Of a DNA stretch of 64,000 nt, positions 1-12,959 are shown piece by piece. The notes beneath the pieces were generated by a model, which did no database searches, had not been told where the DNA came from, and saw nothing but the letters and a program-made list of their open reading frames with translations. The DNA is from Octopus sinensis (Eukaryota). The stretch spans positions 120,714,001 through 120,778,000 of the forward strand of contig NC_042998.1 in NCBI RefSeq assembly GCF_006345805.1, read 5' to 3'. Every line of letters starts with the position of its first letter. Position 1 is the first letter of the stretch. Both the position numbers and the translations under genes were made by a program.

Positions 1-888
1 CTAAAGCACACAGAGTGAAGCCACTTGGCAAAGATTGACCTTGAACTCTGCTGTACTTGTGCACTAAGTTATAACATTCTAGCCTACTACTGCTGTTTAC
101 AGCAGTGCTTGGAAGAAAAGTGTGTAGCACATGATCATCACACTGAATATGACAGAGAAAGTTATCATGGCAATACCTGCTCAGAGGCCTAGGCAAAGTT
201 GCAGAAAGTCTATGGAGACGTGTGTATGAGCCACACACAGGTGTACGACTGGTTCAGACGTTTCCAAGATGATTGAAAAAATGTCGATATTGATGTATGT
301 TCTGGGAGACCCACAACCAGCAGACTGAGAAAAACATCGTAGATGTGCATGCAGATGTGAGGGAAAGTTGTCAAATCACCAGCTGTGAGTTATCAGAGGA
401 TGTGCTGATTAGTCACAATTCAGCTCAGTCAATTATCACAGAAGATTTGGGTATGAGATGCGTGTCTGCCAAGTTTGTGCCAAAACTGCTTTCAGCTGAC
501 CAAAAGACACTCAGGTTTCAGTTGCACAAGATATTGATTGTCTCAAGAATGATAAAAACTCTTTGAAAACTTTGTGTAGACCTCTGAGTAGATATCACCA
601 AGCTTTTGGCAAAATGTGATGCAGATTCTCTGCTCACCTTCCTCTGTCATGGTCAATGTGATGATCACACGCTACACACCTTCCTTCCAAGCACTACTGT
701 AAACAGAGGAAGTGAGCTAGAACATTAAAACTTAGTGTGCATGCACAGTGAAGTTCAAGGTCAATCCAAGTGACTTCACTCTGCATACTTTAGTTTCATT
801 ACTATGGCATACTTTACATACTTTAGTATGTGCATACTTTACATACTCTGCATACTTTAGTTTCGTTGTTTATTGATCAGACCATGTA
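1..888 (+). mobile_element. Non-autonomous mariner derivative with long inverted arms (left end outside window)
   Basis: N-terminal HTH remnant (VYGDVCMSHTQVYDWFRRFQ..SGRP) from ~149. Bases ~566-795 are the diverged reverse complement of 1-~215. Mariner-type terminus ttattgatcagacc..TA at ~870-888. Confidence 0.8.
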
Positions 889-894
889 CATTGG

Positions 895-1075
895 ACTGCT
901 GAACTCTACACAGTTTTTCTCTCTCCATTTCTTTCCTCTTATTCCTTTCTGTTGAAGAGTGTAGGCTCAAAACATAAAAGACTTTTGTAATTTTCCTGAG
1001 CTTTAAACTAATACCCCTGCTTGTTTTTGTACACCTGTCTTCGTCTTTTGTTTATCTGTAAATTTGAAACTATAT
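895..1075 (+). mobile_element. PLE-type 3' terminal repeat fragment with decayed hammerhead
   Basis: Same family as 25765-26090; 945-980 is a CpG-decayed copy of the HHR at 25862-25899. Confidence 0.6.
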
Positions 1076-1079
1076 GTGA

Positions 1080-1277
1080 CCTCGTGTGTACCGTTGGCGA
1101 TTTCTTTTCCTCTGTCTTCCCTTCTCGGGATCTTTCCTCCTCCTATGTTTCCGACGAAGAGCTCCGCTCGAAACGTTAAACCCTCCTTCTTCCCTTCTTT
1201 CCTGAGCGTCCAATAATACTATATTTGTTCCACGTCCTCGCGTTGTTGTGTTTTTTTGTGTTTTCTTGTTTGGATTA

Positions 1278-1311
<34 letters not shown>
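1080..1311 (+). mobile_element. PLE-type 3' terminal repeat ending in (TA)n
   Basis: Contains the HHR motif at 1147-1181. A second, truncated copy lies inverted at ~23812-23907. Confidence 0.65.
1147..1181 (+). ncRNA. Minimal type I hammerhead ribozyme motif (U4C variant)
   Basis: GTTT-CCGACGA-A-GAGC(tcc)GCTC-GAAA-CG-T-T-AAAC: stem I GTTT/AAAC, stem II GAGC/GCTC, palindromic stem III ACGT. Confidence 0.65.
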
Positions 1312-1317
<6 letters not shown>

Positions 1318-2659
1318 AAACAATAAATTAACACAAGGTTTGTGGCAATCTAATAATGCATATATCTTGTACAATATGCAAGTACAAAAATATTGAAAAT
1401 GTTCCACATATTTATGACACATTACATGGTACTGCAAAGGCTTTGTGTGAGACACATATAATTGTTGTTTGTTTATTCAGAGGGATGACTTAACAGTTCT
1501 TAGCAATAAATGTCACAATATAACTTTTGCAAACTCATTTGGTTGCAAAGAATTACAAAAGAATAGATATATTATCTAAATACCTGGACCTGGGAAAGCT
1601 GTATTGATGGTTTCTCATCAAGGGTTGGCTCCATAGGTCGACAGACCATATTGTTTGAAAGTAGAATATTTTCTGTTCCTCTTACCACATCTTATCTCAG
1701 TAGACCATCCCCTGCAATTTTCACACACTGGCATTATTAGGTTTGCACCAACTGTATAGCTCGCAAGACAAGAAAAATGGATGACTTTATTAACAATGAG
1801 TAATCTCCAGAATGTTTAAAAAGATGTGTGAAAACCCAGACAAAGACCACACAAATCTCTTGCAAGATAAGTGTACATAAAACTATTCTGGATTACTGTA
1901 AAATTTCCAGTTCCCATGGAATGGGAGTGTTTTCTCACAAGGAACCTCTAGTCTCTTTCCAGCTTTCTATTCAAACTCACACTTATTTTTGTTCCCTAGC
2001 CACCTTTCTCTGAATTCTGTCTCTTTTTGTCAGAAAACAATGAGATGACAATATTGGCTATGGCCTCTGGTGAGCCATTTTGTTAAAGAGGAAGACCTTA
2101 AGTTTCTCAGTGCTCTGCCTCTTCATTGTTTACAAATAATAATAATAATAATAATAAACATTGTGTACACTGCTCAGGTGCACTACAACTCATCGAAAGT
2201 GTATATATAATCAGGTGTAGTTTCGACGGGTTTCGGAAAGCATGAGGGCCTTAAAGGATGCAGTGTCATGGCAGTCAACAACTGACGCAGGCAGTTTATT
2301 CTATGCTTCAGCAACTCTGAGTGTGAAGAAATGTTTCCGAAAGTCATGGGAGCTGTGTTGTTTTCTGAGTTGATAAGGAAAAGATGATTCCATCCATTCT
2401 GATTATCCATTGGTACTCTGGAAACATCCCCAAGCACCTACTGTTGTAACTGTTTTTTTCTCTTCTCTGCTATCTTTCCTTCTCAGAGTAGAAAGTCCAT
2501 GAGTGGCTCTGATAGCCATACTTGTAGAAACTGTGCTTGAGTAAAAAAAACAAATTTATAAATAAATTTTTTCTATCACTCAAACTGTGGCGAATCCAAC
2601 CTTCTTTGGATCACTGTAAAAGACATCCATGTCACTCAAACAAACAAAAACACAACTGT

Positions 2660-3060
2660 TTCTAACATAGGTATCAGGCTAGAAATTCGGGGAACAGGGT
2701 TAGATGATTAATTCTGCCCCGGTACTAGACTAGTAGTTTATTTTATCAACTCCAAAAGGATGAAAGTGAAGTGGACATCAGTGAGATTTGAAATCAGAAT
2801 GTTGAGAACTGGAACAAATACTCTGACATTCTAATGATTCTGCCAATCCACCACCCTTAATTTCTAATTTGGGTACAAGGTCAATAATTTACAGGGACTG
2901 TGTTAATTGATTAATTCTATTCTAATATTTCCCTAGTGTTTTATTTTATCACCCTGGAAGTAAAAAAGTAAAGCTGATCACAATGGGATTTGACCTCAGA
3001 ACATAATGGATTTGTGCCCAAGTACCACAGAACAATTTGTCTGACACTCTAATGATTTTA
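2660..3060. repeat. Degenerate SINE fragments (two related copies)
   Basis: Motif 'ttattttatc.accccgaaaggatgaaag..aaagt.gac...gatttgaa.tcagaa' recurs here and at ~31230, ~48270 and ~53100. Confidence 0.55.
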
Positions 3061-4261
3061 TCACTCAATATGATTTAACAGATTGTTAAAAGATGGGAAG
3101 CAAAAACTCTAGTTGAAGTAAATTCACAAACAGTTTTAATGTTTGTTTCAAGCTAGTTCACTTTCTTTACACCTTATTCCTTTACAAAGTCATGAACATC
3201 ACAACTCAACATTTTTCTGTTGAGAAAAGATAAAGCTTTTCATCTAGGTCAAAACAAATTACCAAGCAAAATGGGGGAACCTCTATGGCAGCTAACCAAA
3301 ACAGTAGCCAAACTACCTTCAAATGCGACACTACTGTTTTTAACCTCTTAGTATTTCAACTGGCCATAGCAGACCCAAATAGGCAAATTATTTTATCTTC
3401 AAGCTGGCCAGATCTGGCCCTACCCATCTACCTTATAAATTAAAAATAAACAATCACATCATCAAAATAGGAGATAATGCATGATTAATTCAAAACAATG
3501 TGAATAAATAAGTATTACATTTGACTGAATGCTAAAGGGTTCTATTATCTAAACATAGTAATTTACTCGTTATTCAAACATAAATTCAAACATTCTTATT
3601 TGCAAAAATAGTTGCAAATGTTGTACTACATTTCCTAACATTCCTTTGATTATTGTTTTCCCTTAATTAAATATGGTGGCTCAAACAAATTGTGAACAAA
3701 TTATAGCATTGAAAATGACTGGTATAAAGAATTATGAAGCAATAAAACATTGAATGAAGATTAAGGGATAGAGTAAAAGCAAAGGATGGCCATTTTGAAT
3801 TGTAAATATATGTAAAACATTACCAATAAATAAAACAACCTGAAAACTTTCATATATATGTATATATAGATGGATGGATGGATATATCTATACACACACA
3901 CGATGGGCTTCTTTCAGTTTCAGTTTAACAAATTCACTCAAAGCTTTGGTCAGCCCGAAGCTATGGCAGAATCTAAGACTACATGGTTGCAAAGCAAGCT
4001 TTTTAACCATGCTTCAATGTTCGTTTTTTCCTTTACATTCCATAATTACAAAGATGATGACTTCAACTGGCTGCAACTGACCTTGTCGACCTCCATCAAG
4101 ATAACCATATCCAATAGAAACAACAATGCAGACGAACCAACTAGATAACCTCTCTATGCCATCTTAAAGCATGGGCACCCACGAGACCCAGGGACCTTGC
4201 AGCTCTAGGGACTAAATTCTGATCAAGTATGGCTGTAGCTTGCTGTCAAAAACTAAATATT

Positions 4262-5472
4262 ATGAACCCCAGTGCAATGTTTTACCCATGGATCTAAAGT
4301 TCCACTTATGATCTACGTATACCTTGGCTTGGTGTCAATAAATAAAGGGCTGAATAAATATCCCAGCATTCCCATTACCAACTCAGTCCATCTGAAGGAG
4401 TCATCTTACAATAAGGAGCTCCTTTTGAAAGCTGTCAAGTACAACCAGTACCAGTGGAGTTTCTGCAAGGACCTCAAGATCATTGGGCTCCTTATAGGTA
4501 TGCAAGTGGGCTTCACTAAGTACTGTTGCTTTCTCTGTCTCTTGGACAGTTGGGCTGTGTCCAAACACTACAAGCAGAAGGACTTCTTGGTGAACACAGT
4601 GTCCAAGAAAATCCTCTGCTGGACATGAACAAGGTGCTTCTTCCTCCTCTTCATATCAAGCTTGGTTTAATTAAGAATTTTGTGAAGGCCATGGACAAAA
4701 ATGGCACTGCCTTCCACCACTTGTGTACTCTGTTCCCAGCTCTGGAGAGCATCTTCATCGGACCTTAGATCCAAGAAGTGCTGAAGGATAAGGACTTTGA
4801 GGAGCTTCTTGCCTTAAAGGAATGGAGAGCATAGGAATCATTTAAGTCAGTCTGCCATGGCTTCCTTACTAACACACGGATACTAGATTACCAAGCGTGT
4901 ATTGAGTTGTTATAGTCTTATGAGGATATGGGATGCCGAATGTCACTCAAAATTCACTTTCTTGACTTTCACCTCAACTTCATCCCTCCAAAGCTTAGAG
5001 CAGTGAGTGGTGAACATGGAGAAAGGTTCCACCAGGATATTACTAAGATGGAGATCAACTACCAAGGCAAGTGGAATCCCAGCATGATGGGAGACTTTTG
5101 CTGCATGTTTTTGCATGACATCTCAGAGAAAAAATACATAAGATTGTCCAAAAAATCTCACTTCTCAGTGTCTGCTGTACTATGATTTGTGTGTATTGTA
5201 TTATCCAAGTCATTAATTCCATCAGTGTTCTATATCTATGCTGTTTTTTTTGTTTTTTTTCTGTAATATGCCTTTGTAATAGATGAAATAAACACATTAT
5301 ATTTTGAATTTATATGCAGTATAATTAAAATAGGATGTGTGAAAGCGAAAAAAAACTAGAGCTGAGAGAGCAAAACTGTTCAGAAAATTGAATTCACCAC
5401 ATCAAAATTAGTTAAAAAAAACACCTATTCATATTTTGCCTCAGAGCCAAAAACAAATTTTGTAAACCAGTG
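4262..5472 (+). mobile_element. Chapaev3-like (CMC) DNA transposon, 3' part, frameshifted transposase
   Basis: Motifs NKYPSIP, GFTKYCCFLC, LLPPLHIKLGLIKNFVKAM, MSLKIHFL, EHGERFHQDI; terminus ...CCAGTG at 5467-5472. Confidence 0.8.
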
Positions 5473-6069
5473 TAATTTTATAAACAATGAAGAAGGGAAA
5501 AAATATGAGGTGTTACTGAAGTTTGAGTGTAGAAGATGTGTGGAAAAACTCATCTACATGATAGACATAGTCATATTAAGAGCAAGAACAAAGATAAAAA
5601 TTATTCAAATGAATGTGTTGCAGTGTATGGATTGCTGATCTGATCTGCAGTGATGAGTTATTTTTTATTGCTCAGCATAACTGGTGTGAAACCCATTTCA
5701 CTTTATCATATGTAAAATAAGATTAGTTAAACATTTAGAATGTACTTTCAAATACAAAATCAAACAGAACAACTAACTAGAGAAACTGTTATAGCAAGAG
5801 AATGATTAAAACTAATTCATTAAGCGTTATGAGACAATGCAAAAAATAAACAGACCAACTCCAGCTCATGTCAAATGATTTAGAAGTTAAAAATCTTATA
5901 AATTAGAACAAATTCAACAGCTTAGCTTCAAATGCTAAAGTGTTACTCATTTCAGGAGTTGGCTTAACAAGACTCTTCTTTCCCTCTGTGCTATGCTGCA
6001 TATATATAATCACCAATATATATATATATGTCCCAGCATGGCCACAGCTTGTGAGCTGAAACTAGATAA

Positions 6070-6107
<38 letters not shown>

Positions 6108-6478
6108 AAATAAGTAGCAAGGATATCCAGAGGTAATACAGAATGATTGTTTCATGCAACTCCATTTAATTGAACAATGCAATTATTACATCAATTTAAA
6201 ATGTCAACCAATCTTCAGCTGCACTAAGACATAGAATTTAATTAAATTAGAACAGATGGACACATTAGTATAATTATACCTAAAATTGCCAATAAGTTAA
6301 GGAGATAGATAAAGAACATGTCTCTACTTCAGCATAGAAGTATATATATATATATTTCTTATTTCACCCTTTTCAAGCCAAGCCAGTAAAGCATGCTACC
6401 CAATTTTCATGAGATAGAACTTTGAAAGGGGAAAACAGCCTACTGATGCACTGATAGTGGCATGACAGGAACATCTGC

Positions 6479-7015
6479 ATGTTACCCACAATGCATTCTG
6501 CAAGCTTGAGGGACACTAGAAAACAAGATGTGGATGGTAATACCATAATGAAACTGAGTGTAGTTGTTTCATACAATGAAGGGATGGGTAGGGTTGATCA
6601 CTCTGATCAGCTGGTGATGACACAAATTGGTGAGAAAATTTGTGGAATGGTACAAAATAATTTTCTTGTATATGGTTGACATGTGTATCATGAACTCACG
6701 TTTGATTTGGCAGATGCTCGGCAGTGTGGGGGATGGACTGACATTCAGGAATCTGTTGATCCGTGAAATGATAGAAGCATCAGACCTGCCAAAGTACAGA
6801 ACACAAGGACGTCCCTATGCCACACTCTCTCCTCACTGCATGGTGAAGGGGCATGGACATTTTTCACGACTGTTTCATCCCACTGCCAAGAAGACAAATG
6901 CTTCAAAGAAATACACAGTATGTAAAGCAAAAGGAAAATGTAAATAAAACAATGTGATCTGCCACTCTGTGTGGTACCCTGTTTTGAAATTTATCATACT
7001 AAAGTCAGTTTTTGA
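6479..7015 (+). mobile_element. piggyBac transposase C-terminal remnant
   Basis: YNEGMGRVDHSDQ (third catalytic D region) and cysteine-rich tail CDLPLCVVPCFEIYH. Confidence 0.8.
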
Positions 7016-7441
7016 ATTCATGTGATTTGATGAAGTTGATCTGACTTGTACTATTGAGTGATCTTATTCAGGAATAAAACTGCATGAGCTCTCCGGAACA
7101 GGGATATAGTAACGGGGATATATAACTAAACAATACTTGCACTAAAGTGGTTGATGTAAATATATGCTGAACATTATCATGCACTGAGTGCTGACCTCAA
7201 TTGGCGTGGTTACCATTGCTGCATGCAGGCAAATGAATGAATCACTGCCATAAGCTGGTTAAAGAGATTGATGTAAATATACACCAGACCATTGTCATGC
7301 ACTAATTGCTAATCTCAGCCAAGATGATTACCACCAATGCAACCTAGTTGCTTGATTAAAAAAAAACCATTATCATGGTGGTGCCCCAGCATGGCCGCAA
7401 TCAAATGACTGGAACAAGTAAAATAATGTGTGTGTGTGTGA

Positions 7442-7477
<36 letters not shown>

Positions 7478-7481
<4 letters not shown>

Positions 7482-7970
7482 GAAATGTTATGATTTCTAA
7501 ATCTCTCTAAAGGAGAGATACAGTAGCAGTACTGGGTATTAGAGAAATAGGACAAATGCTGCTGTTGATTAGCTCCAAGAGGCGAGCCCCTCTTGCTAGG
7601 TATATGATGCACAAATCGGCATCCATAAACCTTTGAACAGGGGAGGTCATCAACTTCCCCTTGCTGGCTTGGCATCCACAGACCAGTTTTGGGGTAATTG
7701 TCTCTTATCAATGTGGAGCAAGGACTGCTGCTGACCTCTATTCAAAGGTTTTATTTATAAATATTCAGAGAAACACATTCACTGATTTTCAAAAGTAGAA
7801 ATGTTATAATTTCTAAATCTCTCAAGGAGAGATACAGCAGGAGTACTGGGTATTAATATTTATTGCTAAACTAACATGGCAGTCCAGATAAATAGGACTA
7901 ATGCTGCTGTTGATTAGCTCTGAGGGGCAATCGCCTCTGGCTAGCTATATGAGGCACAAATCTGCATCCT
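7478..7970 (+). repeat. Diverged ~150 bp direct repeat pair
   Basis: tagaaatgttat.atttctaaatctct..aaggagagatacag...gcacaaatc.gcatcc at ~7478-7625 and ~7794-7970. Confidence 0.7.
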
Positions 7971-9149
7971 TCTCTAATTTCTTTTTTTGGAAGTCAAAGA
8001 GAAAAAAATTGAAGGGTTAACAGTTTGTACCCATGTTTTAGTTCATTCTCTTATATATGTTTTGTTTATGTAGGTTTGGGGTGGAGGTTCAAGAGTTCAA
8101 GCTTCAAGAATTCTATTGAAAAGAAGTCTTTTGAATTGAATAAGAAACTTGTATTCAGGTTGTGGCCAGCTGTGTGTGTGTGTGTTTGGAATATATTGTG
8201 CAAACATTATTCTTTTTTCTTTTTCTATTGACAGAATATGGTTTAGTGTTTGAGTGTTTTTTTAAGGATGGTCATTCAAAGAATTTGGGAGGAATTATTT
8301 TCCATTGCTTTGTTGTATACTTGTGCGTACGTGTGTGTGCATGTGCATGTGTGTGTGTGTGCGTGCATGCATTATTTTGTCTGTGTGAGTGTGTAGGTGT
8401 GTATGGCCTGCTATGCGTATGTGTATGTGTGTATGTCTATATGTGTTGTTTTTATTTTTTGGAAATATGTTTTGTATATTGTGGTGGGTGTGTTTTTGCT
8501 TTTTGGGAGAATGCTTTGTGTGTGTGAATGTTATTGTGGTATGTATTGTGGTGGATTTGTTTTTATGGGAATGTTTTATGTGCGTGTGTATGTGATCATG
8601 GTGTGTGTGTATGTAATTGTAGCGTGGGTATGTGACAGGTATTTATTCATTGATTAACGGTGGGTGTTTCAGTATTTAGTTGTGGTTTATATTTGTTGTT
8701 GAATCCTTTATTCCTTGCTTATTCTCTGTTGTATATGTATATGCTGTATAGGATCTCTTTTTCATTTTCAAAATGAGCTCTCTTTAATTTTGCTCAGATT
8801 GCTTTCAATTTTGGTCTATCAATGCAACCCTGAATTTTGATTACAATCAATCAATTACTTTATCTCATAAATTAAAGAATCTGATGTTATTTAGAATTTA
8901 AGTTGGGAAATTTGGATAATATTAGCCAATCAACAGACAGGGAGGCATGAACAGCTTGTTACCATGACAACTGCATATTGCGCTGTATTCCACCCACATG
9001 TTGTGTTGATTCTTCACACCATGAGATTGGCTTCAACTGCGTGTTTTGTTTTAATAAAAATTTATATTTATCAATTAGAATTCTATTATAGATATTTTTC
9101 ACCAATTCTCTTAATACCTTATATATTTTTCATACATAGCAATGTTTGT

Positions 9150-9289
9150 ATAGCTTCTTGGCATTATGAAGGTGAATGGAATATGTGAACTTAATACAGA
9201 TAATTTGACATTATTTTTGAATTCTGCATGCAAAAACATATAAGATACAGGTATTCTTTTTCTTGGGACAAATTCTTTGTTGACCAGTG
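9150..9289 (+). mobile_element. Probable Chapaev3-type 3' terminus
   Basis: gaattctgcatgcaaaaacatataag...ttgaCCAGTG resembles the end of the 4262-5472 element. Confidence 0.4.
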
Positions 9290-9341
9290 TTATTCTTATC
9301 ATAGTTTACAAATCCAACTTTGAAGCTTTGGAGACAGATGC

Positions 9342-9424
<83 letters not shown>

Positions 9425-9999
9425 ATACATTAATGATGTACACAAATACATGACAGGTAATCATAATACTGCATAAAATAAACACATGCAGACAAATATA
9501 TTAATATTATAAATTAAGAAAAAATAATAAAAACATACATCAATGAAGAGACAAAAGAAACAGTAAGATGATACATGTTGATTTTATTAGGTATTTCTGT
9601 TTATTTAGAAACCTACAATGAAGAGGTCATTTCACAGACGCTAAACTATCAATTTCACAGGGTACAACCTTAAAGTTGACACTGCTCCACTAAACACAAG
9701 AACTTTCTGTCTCGCTATTGGCTATAAATACACAGTTTTTTCGATTTTTAAACTTCTGTAACTTTTCCTCCATTTTTTTTTCTCCACAACATCATACCTT
9801 CATAACAATTAGACAGGAAAACCTTATTATTATAGCCGATTTTCAGATTTTTACTGTCTTTTAAAAAATGCATATTTTGCAAATGAAAAAACTAGATCCG
9901 CTGTATATATATATTCTGTTGTGTGTGTGTGTATGTATGTATGTATGTATATATATATATATATATTCTGTTGTGTGTGTGTGTATGTATGTATGTATG

Positions 10000-10047
<48 letters not shown>

Positions 10048-10290
10048 ATATTATATTAAGTTAGAGATAAAACCACTATTAGGCAAATCATACAATGAAA
10101 AACTTAAGCCAATACATAAGATTAATTAATTATATTATTTAAATATATATCAAAATTATAAAAAAATTATCTGTTTTAATAATATTGATATATATTTAAA
10201 TAATATAAATTAATTAATCTTATGTATTGGCTTAAGTTTTTCATTGTATGATTTGCCTAATAGTGGTTTTATCTCTAATTTAATATAATA
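10048..10290. repeat. AT-rich near-perfect inverted repeat (~105 bp arms, ~31 bp spacer)
   Basis: 10048-10153 is the reverse complement of 10185-10290 with about one substitution and one indel; abuts a (TA)n tract. Confidence 0.9.
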
Positions 10291-10406
10291 TATTTTACTA
10301 TAAAATTGGATTCAATCCTAAATCTGATTTTTCCCTGTAAGTTTGGATTTATTCCCTAATATTTTATTATTAATATATATATATATATATTCACATATAT
10401 ATATAT

Positions 10407-10846
10407 CCAGCCGTAGAAACACTGCCAGATTTGACTGGGCCTGATGAAGCCTTCCAACCAGTAGAACCGTCCAACCCATGCTAGCATGGAAAACGGACGC
10501 TAAACGATGATGATGATGATGATGATGATGATGATATATATGTAAGTAGATAAATGGATATGTAAGTAAACAGACAGATAAGTATAGATAGGTACATATG
10601 TAATATGGAAACACACACACACACACACACACACATACACAGAAGAAGACTGAAATACATGACCATATACACACATGCACGCTGATGCATACAAACAAAC
10701 AAACAAACAAAAAGCTCCGATAATGGAGAGAGTCAATAACTATTGAAGAGGTTGCAAGAAGCAATGAAAATTTTGGTGCAGCCTTCGGGCTCCCCAGACC
10801 CCAGTTGAACCGTCCAACCCATGCTAGCATGGAAAACGGACGCTAA

Positions 10847-10881
<35 letters not shown>
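10407..10881 (+). mobile_element. Two RTE-tail SINE/LINE 3' fragments with (GAT)n tails
   Basis: ccgtccaacccatgctagcatggaaaacggacgctaaa(c/t)gatgatgat matches the 3' end of the RTE LINE at 53820-55540. Confidence 0.75.
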
Positions 10882-11459
10882 ATAAAGTTAATGAATAATT
10901 ATTCATGTACATTTTTTATATATGAATGTAAATATGTGTGTTTCTAAGTTTGTGTTTGTCTTCCATCACCACTTGACAGCTGGTTTGTTCACACCCCCAT
11001 AACATAACAGATTGGAAAAGAGACCAATAGAGTAAGCAGCAACCTTAAAATTAAGTTCTAGAGTTGATTTTTCAATTATAAACCTTCATGGCTATGTGCC
11101 AGCAAGGTTGCTGTCCAATGACTAAAACAAGTGACAGACAGACAGACAGACACACACACACACACACACACAGTTAATTAAAAAAAACAGAGAAAAAGAC
11201 AAGAAAAAACAACAATGTGAGGACGTAGCAGATGTAAAGTATGAATAAGATGCTCAGAGAAGGAAAAGAGTTGTTGTTTTATGTTTCCAGCATAGCACTT
11301 CTGAAACAGGAAACATAGGAAAGTCCAAAGAAAAAGCAAGGAGGAGGAAAAACGTCACCAACAATTCACATGTAGTTACATTTTTGAAATGACTGGAAGT
11401 TGAAAGACAAAGAGAAAGTGCTTTCTGGGACAGGAGAGGGTGAAGAATGGTTGGCATTT

Positions 11460-12750
11460 GTGTGTATGTGTGTGATAGCATGTGTGTGTGTGGTAGCATG
11501 TGTGTGTGGTAGCATGTGTGCATGTGGTGGTAACTGTGTGTGAGGTATTAACTGTGTGTCTATGTGGTATTAACTGTTTGTATGTGTTTTTGTTAGTAGT
11601 TTGAGTAGTATGTGCCTGTGCAGCTATAGTGACAGGTGGATGGGTGGGTGTGGCAGTGTGTGTGTGTACTTGACAGCTTTCAAAAGGAGCTCCTTATTGT
11701 AATATGACTCCTTCAGATGGACTGAGTAGGTAATGGGAATGCTGGGATATTTATTCAGCCCTTTATTTATTGACACCAAGCCAAGGTATACGTAGATCAT
11801 AAGTGGGACTTTAGATCCATGGGTAAAACATGGATGGTCAATAGTGAATCGATGCAGTCTGAAGTGTGTGTAAGTGGCAGTCTGAAGTGTGTATGAGAGG
11901 CAATCTGAAGGGTGTGTGAATGGGTGGGTGTGGATGTGTGTGTGCATGTACGCATGTGTTTGTGCATGCATGCATGTATGAAAGGCAGTCTAAAGGGTGT
12001 GCAAATGTATGGATGTGTATGTGCATTCAAGTGTTCACATGTTTGCGCACATGTATGGGTGTGTAAGGGAGAGAAAGGTGAGATGGAGTGTGGGTATGTT
12101 GGATGTGTGAATGGGTGTGGCTGTGTGAATGGGTGAGGGTGGCTGTGTGTGTGTGAGGGGGCTATGCATGTGTGTGCGTGCATGTGTGTATATGCGTGCA
12201 TGTGCATGAATTTTGTGTGTGCTGTGTTCATGTGTGTTGTGTATGGAAGGTTATGTGTGCATACATGAGGAGAGAGGGGTTTAGTGGTGTGTGCATGGGT
12301 GCGTAAGGGTATGGATATCAGGTGTGTGAACATGTGAGTGTGTGTGGGACATCTGTATGTGTGCACATGCAGGTGTGTGTGCACATGCAGGTGTGTGTAC
12401 ACGTGCAGGAGTGTGAATGGATGGGTGTGGCTGTGTGAATGAGTGAGAGTGCCTCTGTGTGTGTTGGTATGTGTATGTAGATGGAGTGGGAATGTGTATG
12501 TGTGTGTGTGCACGTGTATGAGTATGTGTGTGTGTCTATCTTTGTGTGTTATTCTATTGCGATCTCTGTGTATGTGTATGTATATATCTATCTGTGTCAC
12601 TTTCTTGCTCCCTCTCTCAGTATATATACGTGTGTGTGTGTGTGTGTGTGTGTTGTACATGTGTGTGTGTTGTACATGTGTGTGTGTGTGTGTGTGTGCA
12701 TGTGTACGTCCATGTATATGTGTGCATGTGTGTGCATTGTGTGGTATGCA
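11460..12750. repeat. Compound degenerate (GT/CA)n low-complexity tract
   Basis: Dominated by TG/CATG repeats; gives the H/T- and C/V-rich artefactual ORFs. Confidence 0.9.
11666..11830 (-). mobile_element. ~165 bp Chapaev3 fragment nearly identical to ~4277-4442
   Basis: tgttttacccatggatctaaagt...gctgtcaagtac is shared with the 4.3 kb copy. Confidence 0.85.
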
Positions 12751-12959
12751 GTAGGAAATATAAAAACCAAAGCAATTAAAAATAAAAAATAAAAAATGAT
12801 AAATAAATAAAAATTGGTAAAATAAAAGCATAAAGGAAGAAGATTATGAGAACAAATCAGTAACAGAAATAAATAAATAAAATTTTAAAATTAGAAAAAA
12901 ATTTTCAAGTCAAAATCGACAAATAAAATAGTAACAGAAATAAAAAATGAAATTAAAAA

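Noticed and set aside
1584-1711. AG...GT-bounded minus-strand segment as an exon
   Set aside because: Stops in all three frames and a competing internal donor; not distinguishable from chance.
6195-6230. Minus-strand CTGAAGA near a (TA)n-ended repeat
   Set aside because: No GAAA or pairing stems detectable.
10440-10470. CTGATGA heptamers at ~10440, ~20060, ~28046, ~40587, ~45124 and ~47236
   Set aside because: No stem II/GAAA/stem I arrangement; they lie in SINE, LINE or Helitron sequence.
11797-12831. 344 aa ORF and other H/T-, C/V-, I/Y-rich ORFs (8162, 10318, 19014, 22971, 23165, 45726 etc.)
   Set aside because: They are translations of CA/GT/TA/CAT microsatellites, which lack stop codons in some frames.
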